A DNA stretch of 49,589 bases, the filler included, from Streblomastix strix (lineage: Eukaryota): the NCBI GenBank assembly GCA_008636045.1. It is 3 parts of 3 records of this genome, joined end to end, with 100 filler letters (N's around TTAATTAATTAA, not from the genome) between each part and the next. Parts side by side here need not be neighbours in the genome. Positions count along the whole stretch, not along the records: positions 1 to 16,470 come from SNRW01000805.1; 2 more parts are not named here. One strand, 5' to 3'. The position numbers and the translations under genes were made by a program. This document shows, piece by piece, positions 1-11,347 of this stretch; position 1 is the first letter of the stretch; the number at the start of each line of letters is the position of its first letter. The notes beneath the pieces are model-generated. The model did not search any database. It had not been told where the DNA came from and was given only the letters and a program-made list of their open reading frames with translations.

Positions 1-242
1 TATTCAAACATGTGGAAATAAGGAAGAGTAACTGACGCAATGAATCTTTGAGTTGTTCACCTTTTTCTTTTTCTAATGATGCAACAATTGTCAGAATTTC
101 ATTTGACTTGAAATTGAAAAAAAAAAAAATAAAAAAAAAGAAAGAAATTTAAAATAAATTAATCAATATTTTAGTATGCCTCACGCTAAACTGTCAATGT
201 ACCACGAAATGAATGTTGAGTTATATCTGAACGTTTTGACAT
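1..242 (-). CDS. 5' part of a hypothetical protein (2 exons visible, runs off the window)
   Basis: TAG|ATG at 242. Exon 1 (180-242) reads MSKRSDITQHSFRGTLTVQRE. Phase-0 GC-AG intron at 107-179. Exon 2 (1-106) reads SNEILTIVASLEKEKGEQLKDSLRQLLFLISTCLN. Confidence 0.6.
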
Positions 243-1178
243 CTAAAAATAATTAATATTAAAAATAAAAAAATTATAAAAAAAATTTATTAATATCAAA
301 TAACTTAAATAAGAAGATTGTATCAGAATTTAACTTAAATAAATGCTCAGAATAATTCACTATTTCAAATAATAATGATATAAATATTATTATATTGAAA
401 ACTATAGCAAAATATGAATAATAAAGTTAAAAATGTTTAAGTCAATTTTAAAGCGATAAAAATTATTTAATGAACAAAATTTATTTAAAAAAAATAAGAA
501 TAAAATCATTAATAAATAATATAAAAAAGAATAAATTTGGGAAATTATTATTTGAGACCAGAGAAAAACTAATATTAAAATCGGTTTATTTGTTTGATGA
601 ATGACGAACTTGCAGAAACATATAATCTTAAAAATAGATAATATTATTGAATATTTCCAGGAAAATAAACTAATCAACACCAAATAGAATCAGGTTGTAG
701 CAGACAAAATGCAAGTCAAATAGCTAGTTCCACCATTTAACAACATAATTTAATTTGATATTTTCATGATTGTACCATTTGATACAAATGTTTTATTATA
801 ATATTTACATTTATACTGAACAGATTCAATAGTTATACCACTCATTAATTTGATTGCCTTGTTCCTACTGAACTTATTTATAATTTTCAATTTTATTCAA
901 ATAATTCTTCGTGCTATTAATATATCTTCATAAATTAAATGTAATATTTACCATAAATTTCCATTACAATTTTTTTAATTGACATAACTTTTATTTAATT
1001 AGATTTCTTACTTATTATTGAATTTGAAAATTGTTAATTATACATTATTTATCTAAATAAGGCCACTATTCTGATATTTTATATGAATACTTAACCAATT
1101 ATGCTCTATTTTCCCTATAAAGCATAAGTCAAAATAATATTTCTAATTAATTTTATTTTTATTTATTTTCTTTTCCAG

Positions 1179-2231
1179 AATATAAGACTAATCATGTGAA
1201 AATTGTTTATATCCAAACATTTTCTAGTAATGCTCGTGTTCCTCTGCCACTCACTCCAGTCCAAGACATGCACATGAAACTGGAGTGCTATTATGCTGGC
1301 GCAGTAACAGACGAATGTATTGATACCAAAGAAGTTCAAGGAGCAACATTATTATTTGGAATATAGCTTAGTGTATTAGAAGCTCAATAATTACTACGAC
1401 AAATAGCCGGAGTACGTCAAAGTATGACGCAACAATCATTTGTAGAAACAATCATCGGATTTGTTTAATCCCGCCATTAACAAAAGATATAATCAATTCC
1501 ACCATATATGAAACCATCTGTTGCATTACTATAAATTCCTCCATATGCAGAACCTTCTTATGCATCTCCAAGTTATTAATAAGGATATTCCGGAAGTTAA
1601 ACTCTTCCTCATATTGTTTAAAATCCATATGTTTAGAAAATTCCTACTTTGCAACATTATGCATCATATTCATATTAGAACTATCCAATATAATAATAAG
1701 TATAATAAGTATATCAATTCATATCCATAAATATCTCCACATCCATAAATACAATAATCATCTTCTTTACCACATCTTCCACAATCTCAATAACCTCCAA
1801 TTGCAAATTAATATCAATAATCTCCAATTGGAGGATATTTACAATAATCAAGTGTATATCAACCACCTGTTGGATATTAACCTCCAATTGGATATCAATA
1901 AGAAATGGATTAATATGTTTCATAACCCGATACTGTAATTGCTCAACGAATTGCAACATTTTATACTCAAACCGCATCGCAAGGAATGATCAATTCTAAT
2001 GCAGTTATTGATATTTGCGCACAAGTATGAAATTAATTGAATTCAATTAATACTTTTTTTCAAATAAATAATTTTTCTTTAAAGTATTTTTATTAACAGA
2101 ACGGAGTTGCATGCACGAGCGATGTAGCAAGACAAATTCTAAGCACTGCTGCGGGACCTGAACAAAAAGTAACACAAGATAAATTTGTTCATCATGTCGG
2201 ATTGTACATGTCGAAGAACATTAAGCGTTGA
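1179..2231 (+). CDS. Hypothetical protein with two degenerate EF-hand-pair-like lobes separated by a P/Q/Y-rich linker; one apparent frameshift near 1720
   Basis: Table-6 reading after an acceptor at 1178: ...CIDTKEVQGATLLFGIQLSVLEAQQLLRQIAG...QQSFVETII..., then a QPPIGYQ-rich linker, then ...GMINSNAVIDICAQ|NGVACTSDVARQILSTAAGPEQKVTQDKFVHHV...KR-TGA (2229-2231). GTATGA...TAACAG intron at ~2025-2099. The start is uncertain and the fold call rests on spacing pattern only. Confidence 0.55.
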
Positions 2232-2508
2232 TGTTTATTTCTGATTGATCAAATTCTTATTCAATCTTTTTATCAATGAACATAATGTTAATTGTAATTT
2301 TTTATTTAATAATCGCCAACATCTTTTTTTATTTTCTTTTAATTTCGCTACATTTATTTGTTAATATTTCCTGTTTGTGAATTGAAAAAAAGATTTAGTA
2401 TTATTTTTAAAGATCATTTTACTCAACTATTATTGCAAATAAAATACTCAAGCTCCGATTAATTTATATAGTTGAGATATAAAATAATATACATTATTAA
2501 ATTTACTT

Positions 2509-2612
2509 TGATTTGTTATCCCCGTGTCTCCTTATCTTACCTCTTTATTGAGATACCATTGTGACTAAAATATGGTCGGTTCGTTTACAGGAATCCGACC
2601 TATGGGTTGGCC
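2509..2612. repeat. 3' inverted terminal repeat of DIRS element 1
   Basis: Reverse complement GGCCAACCCATAGGTCGGATTCCTGTAAACGAACCGACCATA...CTCAATAAAGAGGTAAGATAAGGAGA matches 9549-9650 with a few mismatches. Confidence 0.92.
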
Positions 2613-3354
2613 TATTTGATGTGGCAAAGAATTCAAATAAGAAAACAACAACTTTACAAAAGTAATAAAAATTACATCCGAGTCCTGGTAAAGAGAGTTC
2701 GGCAGAACGAGGCAAGACAAGAAGAAATTAAAAATATGATAGTCAGAGTGGGAAAAAATTAAATAATAAAAACCCTCTGGGAAAAGTATTGATTAACTTT
2801 AATAAAATACCCAGTTAAATATATAAAATTTAGAAAAACTTTAGAAAAACTAAATTGAGAGTAAAAAAATGTTTTGAAAAATTTTTTCTCATGGGGAAAA
2901 TAAATAAATAAGAGTAAAAAACCCCAATAAAATTAATAAATTAAAGGTTTTACTGCTCTCATGAGGAAAAGAAATATAGAATCTCATAGAAAAACCTCAG
3001 AGAATAATGATATAAGTATAAAATTATTGTTAAACTGTTAAAAATATAAAATTAAATGCGTTGATTCTTCATTGATTGTTTAATCATTCTTGAGAATTGG
3101 TTTAATTTCACTCATTCATCTGTTTCTTCTTCATATTCGTCGATGCAACTCGTTGACAACGTCTCTTTATCGATAATCCGTAATATCCAACTTATCAAAC
3201 TTTGACAGAGTCATGTCCTTATCTCTGCATTATCATTCCATGCGCTCCAGCCCACCATCAGCATCATTCAGTTTGTTCGATCCTTCAGTTCTCTAGGGAA
3301 TTCTCTCCTTATTTCTATTTCACCTTGGGTTGGGATACATATTTTGGATGAGCC

Positions 3355-3464
3355 AGAGGTGAGATAAAAAGATACGGGGATAATAAATCATTACCCTGTC
3401 TCTTAGGGAGACGAGGATAATAATTGGTTACCCCCTTCTCTCCTTATCTCAACTCTTTATTGAG
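3355..3464. repeat. Internal complementary region (ICR) of DIRS element 1
   Basis: 3355-3390 is complementary to the terminus at 2509-2545. 3391-3464 (TTACCCTGTCTCTTAGGGAGACGAGGATA...CTCTTTATTGAG) is complementary to ~9609-9682. The two halves join at AAATCA|TTACCC. Confidence 0.9.
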
Positions 3465-4455
3465 ATTCTTAGTTTAACCTTTCATTATCTTGGCCTGGAT
3501 TATTTGTCAATTACCTAGCTATTTCATTTGCTCTTATTGAGGATGCGAAGATGTAATATTGTTGAACAGTGCGTGAGTTTTAGGAATGATGTGTAAAGGT
3601 AGCGAGATCTCTTTCATTGATACCTAGCTTTGCAAGTTCTATTGTCGCTGAGTGTTGTATTGAATATGCTGATGATCCTACTATCTTCAGTTCTCTTAGT
3701 AGTTTCGTAAGTTGTAGACTGATATCTTTAGTAGTTGTTGGTTTGTTAAACCCCTTATGCCACAGTAAAAAGTCTGTACCTTTTGGAAAATGTCTCTTTA
3801 GTCTATCAATCCATTCATATATTGCTAGCTTTGTGCTTAGTTTCTCGTTGTCAGTTTCGTATACTTCATATGTTTCGATTGCATTAGCTTGTTTTGGTGC
3901 TAGTCTTAATGATGCCTGATTCTCTGCTTTATCAATATTCGAGAATTTCAGTCTTATTTCAGCTATATTATTTGGTCTGACGAAGCATACTGACATGAGT
4001 AAGGAAGCTATCTTAACCTGTAAGTCATAGTTGTTTAAGTATTTATTTTATTTTGATTATCTTCAATCGTTGAATAGTATTTGGATGTTCCAAGTGTTTT
4101 AATATCTTCTGTGCTGTATTATTTAATTTGCTAGTGCTTTGTTATTTAGTTTTGAAGTTGTTGATGATGTTAAATTCTCTTTGCATATTAGAGGTAGCAT
4201 TGTAGTTAGGCAAGCTTTATGTGATTTAGCTGATGCTACTGAATTATTTTATCTTGTATGGAAAGCAATTACTTATGTTAATATTACCTCAGCGTCTCTT
4301 TTCATCATCTCATCAATTGTTATTCTTTCTACGTCTAACCAATCCTGTAATAGCGCTAGGGAGTAAAAATCTCTCTTTATTATATTAAATCTTTATCCTT
4401 TAAATAGCATGTTGACTCCATCTTCGGAGAATCCTCTCAACTTCATGCATCTCAT
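3388..4455 (-). pseudogene. Tyrosine recombinase (YR) of DIRS element 1
   Basis: ...KIASLLMSVCFVRPN...AYSIQHSATIEL...FTHHSQNSRTVQQYY...ETGQ-TGA. The R, H and Y catalytic positions are recognisable, the second catalytic Arg reads Gln, and there is a premature TGA near 4065. Confidence 0.88.
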
Positions 4456-6420
4456 TAGCAAATCCCTTTCGACATCTGCGACAGGTCCAGAAGGAAGGCG
4501 CACACATTGCCTGGTGGAAGCTTTTGATCCTTGTCTTTCATTCTCTATCCCTTCTCCAGAATCTTATCTGTTTATCCAAGGAAAAAGAATCTAGTGGATA
4601 AATTCTTTAGTATAGTGTACCACGATTGTCCCGGCCAAATCGGTGCTATTACTATTCCCTACGCTTTGCCCTACTTCATTTTCTAAAGTAGTCTTCCTAA
4701 TACTGGTTTTGGTGGTTGGATATAAAGTTTGACTTTACTCCATTTGTAATTGATTGTGTTATGGAAGTGTGTTCCCAGGTCGTTAAGATCCACTGTTTCA
4801 TAGTTATTAATTAGTTTGTTATATTGTGTTGCGAATATGTCTATCTCCGGCATGTAATTCCCTGCCTTACAAATCGTTTAATTTATTCCATCCTTCAGTG
4901 TGTAATCTCCCGATCTGCATAGTCTCGAGAGTGAGTCTGTTGTTGAGTTCAGTTTTCCCGGGATGCGAATTGTTGTGATCTGTAGTTTAAGTCTTTTTAC
5001 CAGGTAAAATAATTGCTTTATTCTTTTTATCAGAGATTCCTTCGCTTTCTATTTCCCAATATCGTAGACTGCTGTTGTGTTATCTGAACGTATCAAGATT
5101 GCCTGATCTTGCATCTTCTTAAAGACTTGCTCGAAACGGAGTAGCCCGTAGTAAATAGCTTTTGTTTCTTTAGTATTGCTTGTCATTTCTACTTCTTTCT
5201 TGTTCCGACAGTCGTGCTGTATCAATTCTATCTGGTTCTCGTATTTTAGCGTCGCTCCCCAGCCCTATAGAGATGCGTCTGTTGTTAACATGCATGTTAT
5301 TGTTTTATTAATCTGTGATTATGGTTCGTTATCCCCTATACTCCTTATTCACCAATTCAATTCCTTTATTACTACTATGTTTTACAATCATTAATTCATC
5401 CCATGATTTCGTCTATAACGCTTGCGTTTTCGCTTTATCTAATTCCGTTAGATATAGAGACGCTTCTTTTATCTGGAGTCTCAGAAAGTTTAATCTGCCT
5501 ATCAGCGCTGCTTGCTGTCATATGTTCACGCTCTTGCTCTTATATATTGTGTTACACCAGTCCTTTAATGCTTATATCATCTTTGAATTTCACTCTTCCG
5601 ACATTTTTACATTCATTTCTTTAAAATTCCATATCCATCCCAGGAACGTTATTATCTATTTCGGTTCTGTCTTGCATTTATCAATTGAAATTGTCCATCC
5701 GAAATGTTCCAATGTTTTCATTATCTCCATTGTTTATGTTTTAAGAATTTATTTATTCTGACGGATTAGAAGTATGTCGTCGCAGTAGTTTAGTATTTTG
5801 ACTTATGAATGTATTCTTATTTGTCTAAGGATTGACTCTATTGCTTCTGCGAAGAAGATTGGGCTATATATAGTCCCAAATGGTATTGCATTTTATGCGT
5901 AATTATTATTTTTGAAATTAAATGCTAGGTATGGTATTGAGTTTGGAGATACTGTGATGTGGTGAAATGCTGATTTGAGATCGAGAGATGTTGCATAGTC
6001 CATTTAGTTTGCTAGGTATTGTATTTCCTCTAGTCCATGCATTTTGAAGAGTAATTTCTCTATTTCCTTATTCAGTTTGCTCGCATCAAAAATTTTCCTC
6101 CATGTTCCATTAGGTTTCTTTATCAGGAATGTATGGTTCCACCATTTCACTTGATCTTATTGTATAAGTATTATTATTCCTTCCTCCAACTCTTCTTTCA
6201 ACATTTCCTGATATACTTTCTTCTCTTCTATGTTCCTTTAAATGGGATTATCATTTTATTTTCCTCTAATGTTTATTTAATATTTTAATCTTTGAATCTC
6301 AGATAGAATCCAGTATTTATAAATTCTTCTTTTCCTATTTGTTTCCATGTTTATATAAACATTTTGGTCTTACCCCCCATTTCATTTACTTTCTCTTTAT
6401 ATATCAATTTTCCAATCCAT
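4452..6420 (-). CDS. DIRS pol ORF: reverse transcriptase + RNase H + DNA N6-adenine-methyltransferase-like domain (5' limit approximate)
   Basis: RT motifs SLDLKSAFHH, IPFG and NYCDD. RNase H motifs TTDASLQGWGA, IRSDNTTAV and TDSLSR. MT-like motifs IDIFAT, LYIQPP and APIWPGQSWY. Ends LPPGNV...TGA overlapping the YR ATG. Confidence 0.9.
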
Positions 6421-9400
6421 TTGACCCTCTCTTGAGGAGCCGTTATCATCAGCGCGCTCCTCTCCTCTATTCCAGAGGGAGACCTGAACGCTGATCTCCC
6501 TTGGTTGGAGTGTCCCTGCCCGATCAGGGATCCTACTCCCCTTCACCCTCTTCTTTAGAGATTTTTAGTTCGGGTTTTACCTCTTCAGCTGCTTTCTTAA
6601 CTCTTTTGGAAACAGCTTTGGGTTTAGAAATTTTGGAAGTTGTGTTTGTTTGGTCTTGGGCATTATTGCCCTGGTTATATTAAACAGAGATAATCAAGTT
6701 TTCTGGTTTAGACTTTTTACTTCCTTTTCTTTTCTAAGATTTCTCCTGTACTCCAACTGGAGCAGGGCATGCATCATCTTTTTCCATTTAATTCAAGGCA
6801 TTCAAGCCTTGAACGTTTTAAGATTGTGTACCCAGATTCTCTTAAACTGGGGGCTATGAGATTATATTAACTCTACAGTCTTTATTTTAATTTAATGTTG
6901 CTTCATATGTTTATTCATCTTCTTCCTCATCAGCATTATTATAATGACCTTCATTTATTTAAGGTTCTGTTCTTTATTTATTAATGGCTGAAAATGATCC
7001 CGCTTACATTGGCTTTAGCCCTGCATTTAAGCTTGGGCCTTCAGCAATTTGACTCGGTTACAGACCAGTTAGCTGTCCAACAGTTCCCTGAATATCAGGC
7101 ATTTCAACATTTTCATTGTTGAGGTCATTGTTTTCTTATAACCGGAGTTATTATTTCGCTTTCAGCGATTCTAATTCTCTCTCAGCTTTCTTTAGTCTTT
7201 ATCTCACTCTAGATCTGTGCTGAGGTTTTTGTGTTGGAGTGACGGACAGTTATGACTAGATAGTTGGTTTAACTTTGTTCATTCCTGTGCTAATCATTCT
7301 CGGTAGTGGCGAGATTATTCTTTGTTAGTTCTTAAGACCAGTTGTTTATTATAGCTATTTCTCTTTAGAAATTGCTTGTTCTACCATTTTCTGAAATTCC
7401 TTTTGAGCTGATCTGGGTGATAGGTTATTATTGCTGTTTATTGCTCCAATTAATTGTTACCAATCACTTTCTGAATCGGGAATACTCAAATCTTCCTTCT
7501 CCTTTTATAGTGCGGCAAGTCTTTCTTGAATTATTTCTAACTCGTCAATTTCGTCTTAGCTCTGTGGTTAATCTCTTCTCCCTCTCTTCTTCTGTGTTAG
7601 AGCTGGAACATGTTATTTTAGTTGAACTTGTATCTATTATACTCTTTGTGTTTGTTGGATTGGTTATTTGGGTTATGCTGGTGTAGCATGGTGTTGTGGG
7701 CTTCATCTTCTGTCCAAATTGAGTCTTTATCATTATGATTGTCTGGTTGGTCTTTCTGCATTTGTGTGCGTTTTGTCCACTCATCATTTGGGTTGTCATC
7801 CCAACCTTCTTCTTCATATTAGTGTGTGCTATTCCAGTTTAAGAGATTCTTTGTCTTGTTAAAGGCCTATTTTGTATATGGGTTTTATTTCTATGGTTCT
7901 CTGTACCTATCCTAGTTAAATTAATCTCTATCTTGATAATTTGAACCCTTTTCTTACTAATTGTACCCCCTTCCTCTATACGTTCCTCTACATCTCACTC
8001 TTTATTCGTTCCTAGTCTCAAATCGATTATAAAATTTATCTGCAGTTTCTCTTGAACTCTAGTATTCTCTAGACCTTGAATAACTTCTTGATCCCGATCT
8101 TTTTCTTGATTCGCTGCCTCTGTCAGGAGAATCATATCTCGATCTCTTGCTATGTGGTGATAAAGGTCTATTCCTGTATCTTCCGAATTAATTTCTAAAT
8201 TCTTGTCTTGTTGTTTTGATTGGTTATAGAGTTTCTTAATTGTCTTCTGAATCATAGTCCATTCTCACTCATGCCACCCTCAAATCAAAATCGTGTTCCT
8301 TCCAGAACGCTCTAACATCATCCATAGACAGTGTTTAACCTTGTTGTTTTGCTTTCCTCCAATCTGTTGCGTGCGGTACTCCTGGACCAAATCCCGGCCA
8401 ATGATTTCCTTCATCATCTTTGCGTACTAGTATTAAATTGAAGCCTTTTAGCATCCATTTATGCGTGTGGTCTTTAATAGTTTCCTTTGTCAATATATTT
8501 GGAATTGCTAGTATTTCTTATTCTGTGTTCAGTATCGGAGGCAAAATTATTGACTGTGGTATTGCAGCGTTTCTCTATGCGTAAAGTCCATGACCTGGCG
8601 GTGGCAGGTCTCGTGGTCCTGAGCCTGTAGGAGGTATTTCATCTTGTATTTTTCTAATTTAGATTTCCTGGTTTTGTGTCAAGGCCTGATTCCCATTCTA
8701 GTTCAGCATCGGTCTCATCGCCTGTTTCCAAATCGCTGATGGCGTTAATTGACGGAATCTCTTGTTCTTGACCCTTGCCTTTCCCAGCTATTGGATCCCA
8801 AATAGCAAGTTTGTAATTCCTATCGCGTCTTTGTTCGCCGTGTCGCTTCTGGCAATAAAATGTGCTCCCAGCATGTGCGATCCTGCTTCGCTATTCAAAT
8901 TAGAGTTTATTGAATTCGCAGCTAGATTGAAATAGTTCGCATTAGTTCCGTTTTCGTTCTACGCTCTCGGAAAGTGCGTTCTCTCGGTTTCCCTTAATTT
9001 ATGGATCATTTAGCTGAGTATATCGATTGGTAAGTTGTCTTCCTGTTACTCACACAAGTGTGCCAGTATTCCTTCGCCTATTCTAAAGTTATAAAGCGCC
9101 AATGCTTGCTTTCTCTGCAAAATCTTGTCAATTGGACTGCGTTTCGCGTCTAGCACTTCATCTGGTACTGGTACCGATGTAACAGGTTATAGTGATGGAT
9201 ACTGTATCTCCCTTCTCCGAGCCTCGCCATTCTGTTCGTTCAGGATATTCATTGCCCAGAAATCAATCTCGTTCACTTGCACGCCAGTCATCGCTTCTAA
9301 AACTTTTGCCATAACCATTTGCGTTCTCTCACTGACCGCCTGCCTCGGTGTTAGTTGTCGCTCGATGTCTTGCAACGTTGGCTGCAGCTCCGCCTAAAGA

Positions 9401-9537
9401 AACTTTTCGATCTCGTCTCCCATCTCCGATTGTTCGACTGCGGACGCGACAGGTGTCTTTGTAATGAACTTTGGTGTCTCAAAATTCACGAACAGTCCCG
9501 GCTCTGACGGTTCCGGTTTTATTGAATTCTTTGACAT
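6400..9537 (-). pseudogene. Gag-like ORF1 of DIRS element 1 (RS/Q-rich low-complexity C-half; internal TGA and frame changes; 3' limit approximate)
   Basis: ATG at 9537 just inside the 5' ITR (MSKNSIKPEPSEPGLFVNFETPK...), in frame with ORF 9187-9375 through TAA/TAG. Its position upstream of pol is typical of DIRS gag. Confidence 0.7.
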
Positions 9538-9548
9538 TTTTGAAAAAT

Positions 9549-9682
9549 GGCCAACCCATAGGTCGGATTCCTGTACACGAAGCGACCATATTGGAGCTAC
9601 AATGGTAACTCAATAAAGAGGTGAGATAAGGAGAGAAAGGCGTAACCATTTAATATCCTCGTCTCCCTTGGAGACCGGGTAA
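9549..9682. repeat. 5' inverted terminal repeat of DIRS element 1
   Basis: Inverted match to 2509-2612. Its outer part matches ICR 3391-3464. Confidence 0.92.
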
Positions 9683-9769
9683 TTCCTAATTAAAAAATGA
9701 ATTTTTTCCGTCCTATTTAGCCAAATTGATTAATATTATAGTATAAAAATATGTTTATTATTATTTATC

Positions 9770-11196
9770 CCGATTTCTTTCTTCTTTCTTCTGTATCACT
9801 CAATTCCTTCTTCTCCATAATCTCCAGTCGTAGAAACTTCATATTGTATCTTTGATCACGTCTTCTCTCTTCAGATTCCATCCCAATAAGAGAATTGGCT
9901 TCATAAACAAGCTCAAATACAACAGGAAGTAATTCCTCATCTATTGGCCTAGGAGAGCATTAACCCATACTGAGTGGCCATGATGTCACAGCTGGTGATG
10001 AATATTCTCCATCAAATGTTGTATTCTGCGATTGTGGTGAAAAGTGAATGAAAGGTATATGTAATTGAGAAGAAGATTTGAATTGATTATTTGGTTGGTT
10101 CATTTGATTACAATTATCTTCAATTTATTATTAATTCATTCCTTTGCTCAAAGCATCAGCGGTTTCTTCAATCAATAAATTCAGTATTCCATGAAACAGA
10201 ATCTCGTTTCCACCTTAGTGGATATAGGTCTTCTTGATCCCAGAAGCAAGAGGTGCCCAATCTGCCTGTATATAATTGATATCATCAACTAAAAACTACA
10301 ATCCTTTCAGAGGTTATATATAGTATCAATCAATACCATGAGATTGGATAACTCCATTTAGCGATGAGCTATTTGCATTAATTCCATCAAAAGCAGATGA
10401 ATGTGTTTCTTGCTAATCATGCTACCTCACACTGATATCTCGAATGCATCCATCACTGATTTATCCTTAAAGTAAGAATCTGGCTGTACATGCAAGAAGA
10501 GCAAAAATTAATACTCCAGCAAGTGATGGCATCAATACAGCAACTGTATGTTGAGATAGATGATCTAATACAGTTTGTGCTTAATTAAGTAAAACTCCAG
10601 AAAGAGAATTTTATGGAAGATCAATGCTTACTATCTTCTTGCTATCTCGATATGAATATTCACTATCCATATCTTGAAAGCACAAGATATGAGAAAAGGT
10701 GATATTTCACAAATTGAAATTGCAAAATTCACCCAAAACAACAAAAACTCTGGAAGATTTCCATCACCACAAAACTATTTTCAATTCTTCGAGCTATAGA
10801 ATGTATCTGGAGCTGCATAAAACATTCATCCTGTTAAAATGAAGGCGCTAATGGTTATGGCATTTGATATGATTAATTAGAATGCAATGTTGGAGGAGGA
10901 AGTAATATGGAATGAGGAAGAATCTATATTTATTTGGGTGGTTTATATAATTGAGGTTGTTATTATGAATATCTTGAGGTATCAAATTGTTTGGATTATG
11001 ATTATTATTATGGGATAAATTGTTATAAGGAAGTTGATTAAAGTGATTATTATTATTGTTACTATTATTAAAATTATTAAAATTATTATTATTATTAATA
11101 TAATTATAATTATAATTATAATTATAATTATTATTATAATTATAATTATAATTATTATTATTATTACTATAATTATTATTATTATTATTATTATTA

Positions 11197-11231
<35 letters not shown>

Positions 11232-11243
11232 GTTGTTGTTATT
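9770..11243 (-). pseudogene. Fragment of a large host gene with a poly-Gln tract, cut by DIRS element 2 and bordered by element 1
   Basis: Long table-6 reading (...HSIARRIENSFCGDGNLPEFLLFW...QADWAPLASGIKKTY...PRPIDEELLPVVFELVYEANSLIG...) with one frameshift near 10695. No start is visible. Confidence 0.6.
11040..11243 (-). repeat. (TAA)n-type microsatellite encoding poly-Gln/Leu
   Basis: In the frame of the adjacent ORF it reads TAA TAA TAG TAA CAA TAA..., with TAA, TAG and CAA interspersed. Confidence 0.8.
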
Positions 11244-11347
11244 ATAACCCTACATTGCTTTACAGATTATGTCACCCACCTTGCATAAGGCGAGATGACC
11301 TCTTTATTGTACAAAGGCTTACTCAACGTGGCCCAGATCGCTCAAAA

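Larger units (their letters stand above)
2509..9682 (-). mobile_element. Complete DIRS1-like tyrosine-recombinase retrotransposon (~7.2 kb), mildly degenerate
   Basis: Inverted terminal repeats at 2509-2612 and 9549-9682, an internal complementary region at 3355-3464, and gag-like, RT-RNaseH-MT and YR ORFs in DIRS order. Confidence 0.93.

Noticed and set aside
4452..6420. Retron, DGR or RT-methyltransferase defence system
   Set aside because: The RT-RNaseH-MT plus YR with ITR/ICR arrangement is the established DIRS1 layout.
11034..11288. Poly-Ile ORF in the supplied track
   Set aside because: Antisense shadow of the minus-strand poly-Gln tract.
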